From Podarcis melisellensis (lineage: Eukaryota): a stretch of 64,000 nucleotides of DNA. The position numbers and the translations under genes are program-made. Position 1 is the stretch's first letter, and every line of letters starts with the position of its first letter. The stretch lies in assembly GCA_964234715.1 (NCBI GenBank), contig OZ174285.1; one strand, written 5' to 3'. Below the pieces are notes generated by a model. It saw only the letters and a program-made list of their open reading frames with translations. It did not search any database and was not told where the DNA came from. This document shows, piece by piece, positions 58,194 to 64,000 of this stretch.

Positions 58194-61100
58194 TTATTTC
58201 GAGAATGGTTTAGCCAGATCCTTTATGACTGCAGAGTTCAGTGCTGGAAGGGTGCTGATCTTGGCATGCTTGCTGGTGGCATATTTGTTCTTGACAGTCT
58301 GTGGAGAGATTGAACAATAGTTAACATAAATTTTGCACCATTGTAGAGCCAACCATTATCATTACATATTAACATAACCAAAGCACACCTGTGCTTAATC
58401 ACACTGACTTAGCTATAAACCTCGTTTAGTAGCAAGTTAGGACTTACATGTAACCAGACGCACAGTGGTATGGTTTTTTGCTTACCAGATGCTTTGCATT
58501 GCCTCTGTTTACCAACATCACATTCTTTGCCATATGCTGCATAACAGGAATAAGATCAGTCTCGGTATATTGCATGTAGTGTTGTAGAGCTGTTGTCTAA
58601 GAGAGCAAGAAGTTAAGCGTTAGAAATCCTTCTGAGTAACACTTGAAGGTCATGGAAGAGCTCAGAATGCCCTATGAACCTCCTTTGCACTTGATCTAGT
58701 GGCACACATAATGGCGTGCTTAAGGCTACCTAGAGGCTTTGTAGCAGAGGCAAATTTTGAGGCAGATCTCCCAGGGTCACAGCTTATTCTCCAAGTCACT
58801 CTGCTCTAGCAATTCTAGCTCACACATGGGAATGAAAGTCATGGAAACAAATACCCAAAGTCATTTTTGGTATTTAGTGGAGGTGAAAAGTGAAATCTTT
58901 TTAACCTTACAAATTTAAGGCTATGTCTGGGCTCAGTTACTTACCCATTCTCCCTCTTCAAGTATTTTAGTAGATAGGCAAAAGGCCGCAGCAGCAATTT
59001 GAGAGGGAGGGTAGTGTGCCATGTCATAATCCACCAGTGAGAGCTCCATCAGGTATTTTGCAAGTGTGTGTTGCTGTACATCGGCCTGGAATAGTTAGGG
59101 TAAGATAGTGTTTATTGCCAACGAACCCTGAAGGATCAACAAGGAAGACTGTGCCTTGCATTACATTTCTGCCTATCTGAAAAACCGAATCAAAAGGTTG
59201 TGCCTTCACAGCTACACACAGCAAGATGTTGAGCTTTTTACAGCTTTTTCAGGACAAAACAACCCAACGCCATGGCCAGTTTTAAATTTGCCAGGCTCCA
59301 TTTTGAACCACAAATGCTCATAAAAGTAGTGATAGCCATTTCTGCTTTCCCAAGTTTGTCTCTTTCAGTTGTTTTGGCCCAACTCCCAATAGACATGCTG
59401 GCTACAGCCAATAGGACTCACCCACTTGGAAGGAACCAGGCTGGATAAGGCTGGCCTACTGGTAGGATACTGAATACACCTCCTCACACCAAAAGGAGAC
59501 ATTTTAGGATTCCAAGTTTGATCTTCCTACACACACATTTGACTCAAGAGTGTCATACTGTGACCTAGTGAGAATGGCATCCCCTTAAACAGCATTACCT
59601 CTCCAATTTTTGATGCCCTCCGTAGGAAATGCAGTGGAAGAGGACGACCAAGATTGAAGTCCAGTGATCTTAGGATCTTCATCTCCATTTGCCTAATCTG
59701 CACGTTGGTGTAGGTGTTATCTGTCACAAAGGCAAAGTCGCCGATTTCTGGAGGGTACATTTCTTCGTATTTGCTGGCAACAAACATGGCTGTTACACCA
59801 ACCAGCTGCAGCATCCTCTTATGAACTTTGTTGTTCTGCAATAGAAACAGCTATTAGCCAAACTGGCTAATAACAACATTATGGGGAAGACCACTTACTC
59901 CCAAAGCAGACACACTCTTCAGCAAGGAATATTTATGCACTTGTTCCACTGCAAGTTCAATGGTCAACTTCCTGGACCAATAAGTCAGTTTAGCTACCCT
60001 GGGAGAGCTGTGTAGAATGTGCATCTACCAAGCATGCAGCTTTCAATTTAAAAGGAAAGTGCATTGTTCCATGTATGATCAAATTCATACATGGGCGTTG
60101 GAAACATTGTGATGCAATGTATTGCCTCCATACAATGCAGCTAAGCCCCCCTCTGCCTTCTGTGTCCCTGCAGATTCTTAAGGAAAGACAGCTGCAAACA
60201 GGCCAAAAAAGAAAAGTGTTGCCATGCTGCTCTTACCTGCATAAAGCGATCAATAATGGCAACAGTCATGTACATAGTCTCTTGCAGGAGTTTGAATTTC
60301 ATCTGGACCTGCACAAGCCAGTCAATTAGGACTGCCCGCATGTTCCCAGTAATTTCCTGGCCTGCCAAGTAGTTTGGTCTCACTGACTGCTGAGCCTGTG
60401 AAGAAAACAACAGATGTCAAATCATGTTTACCCGCACAAACGAAAAGAAAGGAAGCCTTGCTGCAGCTGACGTGTCGCCACCATTGATATTTTGCAAGCA
60501 CAGCAAGGGCACACAAAGAGCAAGACCCCTAGCCGCTGTCATTTGGGGGGGGGCACACCTGCTGTGCACAAACTTAAGTAGTGACATTTCCTAGTTAACT
60601 TAGATTTGGAAGAAACCTCAGTTTCCAGAGGCATGCATCAGGCTTGCCTTAGCTACTTGAACCAACCTCAAGATCTCTCAGGTAGTTGTAGATATCCTTC
60701 ACATATTCGCTGCAAAGGTTTGGATCTGAAGCATCATCTGTATCAATGTCTTTCACTTCAAGCAGAACATCTGAAAAGGCCTGGCACAGTATTTCCTCTG
60801 CTGGTGCACAACCAGAAGTCTCCATTGGGCTGGGGGATGGAGACTCCAACTGTTGAAGAGAAGTTTTCAGTTATTAATATCTGAGCTACAACACTACATG
60901 TCTCCTTGGATTGTTGAACTCATGGCAGCATACATGGGACTGCAACTGGGCTCCTAATTCAGGACGCAGACCTGTTTAGCTTCAGCAAGGTGGCTGCATG
61001 ATGAGTCCTCTGACCACTCTCTATAGATTGGTAGGCAAAAGGTATATGTGGTCTCTGTATAATAGCCCAGTTACAAGTCAACTGCAAGTTTCTGCTGCAT

Positions 61101-63032
61101 CCATGTCAGGGTTAGGGGAATCTCTTGGCCTAGAGGCCAAATGTGGCCTATTGGTCTTTAGAATCTCCCCAGATCACATGTCTTAAAGGCCCTGATTTGC
61201 TCAAGTGTTTTTGTCTGGCTAGAATGTGTCCTAGAACTATTTTGCCTGTTGTCTGGGGAGGGTGTGTGTGTGTGTAAGCCATGCTATGGTGCAAAGGTAA
61301 AATTCTCATTTGTTGCTCTGCCCATATGGCCCACGAATGCTGACCAGAAGGGAAATGCTAGACTACTGATGAATATTCAGACTCCTGATCAATATTTTGT
61401 ATAAGAGCATTGCATGGGATGCAGAGCTACTTGTGTGTTACTGACCCAGTGTAATCATGATGCTAATGGGCATAGAAGCATAAAGGGATCCAGTAGTCCA
61501 CACCCAGGCTGCAGGAAGAACTAAGCTATAGCCCAAAAGGGTTGGGAAAGAACAGTAGTAGTAGTGTGAGAGATCAGAAGCAAGTGCTAAGGATTCAAAT
61601 ATCCACCTTATGTCAGATACTGGATTGAGTATTGGACTTGCAACCAAAGGGATTGCAGTTAATGATTCAAAAGCCCATTGTAATGGACATGGTTTGTCTC
61701 AAGTTTCTGCATCTGGGGGGGGGGGGACCCACAATACTGTATTCACAGAGTTGATTTCTTAAGAGAAAATCAGTATTAATCTGGCAGCAGGAAATACCCA
61801 GTGGTGTTTGGAGTCCACTGAACACATTGCAAGCCCTGGAAGAAAGTTGTTTGCCATTAAGGTACATTGTTCAGACAACTTAAGTTTGGCAGTGTAGCCC
61901 ACCCAGGGGCTAAAACCCAAGCCTCAGTATGCAGACTGCCAATTATTGCTAAGGGTAGCTAATGAATGCTCAAAAATAGCTGTTTCAATATCAAGAGACA
62001 ACACATATAGCATATATGTACAACATATATAGCAAAAATGTTATTCATAATTCTTCACCCCCATGCCCCACCCAAGCATAAAGCTAGGGCTATCATTTGC
62101 AAGTCATTTGATACCTTAACGGGTTCAAGGATGGGCTTTTCTTCCTTCACAGATTCATTTGGCTGTTCAGTAGGTCTTGTGACTTTTTGAGTTGTAACTT
62201 TGTCCAAAACGGCAGGTTTCAGTATTTCCTGGGCGAGGGAACAGAAGTGGGTAGAGGGAGGAATAATTGCAGTAGCCCTGATAGTTCCCAATGTTAAGCT
62301 CTACTTGGAAGGGGGAAGGGAAGGAGACACTTACCTTTTTCATTACAGCCTTGGCTTTTGTTTCACATGCCTTGTTGCCAATGTCCCCCAAGGCAGTCCT
62401 AGGCCTCAAGCCGGGTCTGGCACCATCGCCTCCCCGCTTGGTTGCCATTACAGCCTTGATTTTGTTCTCTGCATTGATCTTTGTGTTCTGCAGGAAGGAG
62501 GAAGACCCCGTTTAAGTACCTCTCTGTTTCACAAACACATTGAAGCATTTGCACAGCTTTATGATAAAGCGAGGAGGGATAGGAATAAGAGTTCTGAACC
62601 TTACAAGCTTCCCTACCTTAAAGCCCTCCTCCTATCAATTTTGTTGAGGCACAGTACTAATTAAGCAGAAGCCTTAGCCAATTCGCAACTGGTAAAACTC
62701 AACAAGCCAGGGCAACGCCCCAACCCCCCCCCCCAAAGGGTCTGGGAACCGACTTACTAATTCTGGTAGGCAGAAAAAACTCGACACAGCAGTATAATTC
62801 CATTTTTCATATGGCAATTAGCAGTTACTAGCACCACCGCCCCTTACTTCCTGTGAAACAGAAGCTTATGCACGTTTCCTCGGGAGTAAGCCCCATTTAT
62901 ACGCTTGCATAGGACTGCAGCCTTAAGTTTGCCACCTCCTGCAAAAAAGAGGGCGCAGCAGGAAGGCTGAAAAACAAAAAAATTCTCCCCTTCCAAAAGC
63001 CCCTTTCCTACCCGGGTGACCCGCAAAGCCAT
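58194..63032 (-). CDS. CCNB1: G2/mitotic-specific cyclin B1, 9 exons, 407 aa
   Basis: Exons 63012-63032, 62335-62487, 62115-62228, 60667-60849, 60237-60395, 59599-59835, 58945-59085, 58486-58596, 58194-58298 (1224 nt). MALRVTR start, D-box [25 protein letters not shown]...[10 protein letters not shown], cyclin box MRAVLIDW and [10 protein letters not shown]. Confidence 0.97.
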
Positions 63033-63158
63033 GATCCAGACTCGGTCCGCGCAACACGAGATGTTAATCCGAACCAGTCGCCTCTGCTCCCAGCAAACTC
63101 CCAGCGGCCGATTCCTGCTGCGCACGAGTCCGACGGCCGCCCCACCTACCGCCGCAAG

Positions 63159-63327
63159 TTTAAAACTCGCACCAGGCTGCGCTCATTGGCTGCCTTTCTC
63201 GGCGTCCGCCGCTTCCCATTGGCCGTGCGGCGTTACACCCTGAATGCGTTTCCACGGCTACAAGGAGGATGACTTCTCCGGGCGTTCGAAAAGGGGGGCG
63301 TGGCGAGAAGATGCGGAAGGTCACGTG
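63159..63327 (-). promoter_or_regulatory. CCNB1 promoter: CHR, two CCAAT boxes, E-box
   Basis: TTTAAA at 63159-64; ATTGG at 63185-89 and 63218-22 (33-bp spacing); CACGTG at 63322-27; CpG-rich. Confidence 0.8.
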
Positions 63328-64000
63328 GAAAGGATGGCTCGCTTTCAGTTTGGGAGCTCAGCTGGTGGACGAGGGGGAATAAATAGGTGGAGCCGTTTGC
63401 TTCTCATCTAGAAAAGCACCTCCCGGCTATCAAGAAATCAATCCAAACTATTATAGTTCTCCTTATGGGTCCGTGTTTCTGAGTTGCGCGTCCTCTCCCG
63501 CTTGCTTACGTGCGCCGGATTTTGAACTCCCATTGGTCCATATATATTTTTTTCACAAAAATGAGTTGGGTAAAGCCAACCGCTTTGCACAAGAATGTTT
63601 TGGACTACAACGGCTTTCCAGACCCACTTGTAATTTTAATAGCGTCGCATAGGAAGGAATGCAACAGCCGCAGGTTTTTCCTACCTATGCTGGGAAACGT
63701 ACGCTGATTGAATCTTTGTTGTCATACAAGCGTTGAAAAGGATAAGGAATAAATCCCTTAGGACTAGGCAAGCGTAGAGGAAAAACGAGGATAGGCTGAG
63801 GTCTCTGGCTTATCTCTGCCATGAATTCAGTGGGTAGCCTTAAACAAGCCCCTACCCTAACACTGCAATATGGAGACAGTAACCTACATTGCAGGATTAT
63901 TGTAAGAATTACATCAATGTAGTGCATCAAATACTTAAAAGTGTGATATAAATGCTGTTAACAATTTTCCTTCCACCCCAAAACTGAACAGTCTCAAGTT

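Overview
Vertebrate (squamate, probably lizard) genomic DNA; the taxon is inferred from Sauria SINE, BovB, Penelope and CR1 repeats. Five genes lie head-to-tail on the minus strand. From right to left they are CCNB1 (9 exons, 407 aa), CENPH (9 exons, 245 aa, one GC-AG intron), MRPS36/KGD4 (4 exons, 107 aa), CDK7 (12 exons, 343 aa) and the first coding exon of SERINC5 (MSARCCAGQ). Positions 1-17836 appear to be SERINC5 intron 1. That intron holds the most notable object: an intact Tf1/sushi-type chromodomain Gypsy element (7048-12545) with identical 408-bp LTRs and a CTTAG TSD. It has an 11-nt tRNA-independent self-priming PBS, a gag/pol frameshift pseudoknot, and a pol ORF that runs through the PPT about 300 nt into the 3' LTR. 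Also present are an endonuclease-deleted BovB, a Penelope GIY-YIG fragment whose stop codon lies inside a hammerhead-ribozyme core, several Tc1/mariner and hAT MITEs, cell-cycle promoter elements (CDE/CHR, paired CCAAT) and CPE/PBE 3' UTR elements. All calls were made by eye, with no database search.
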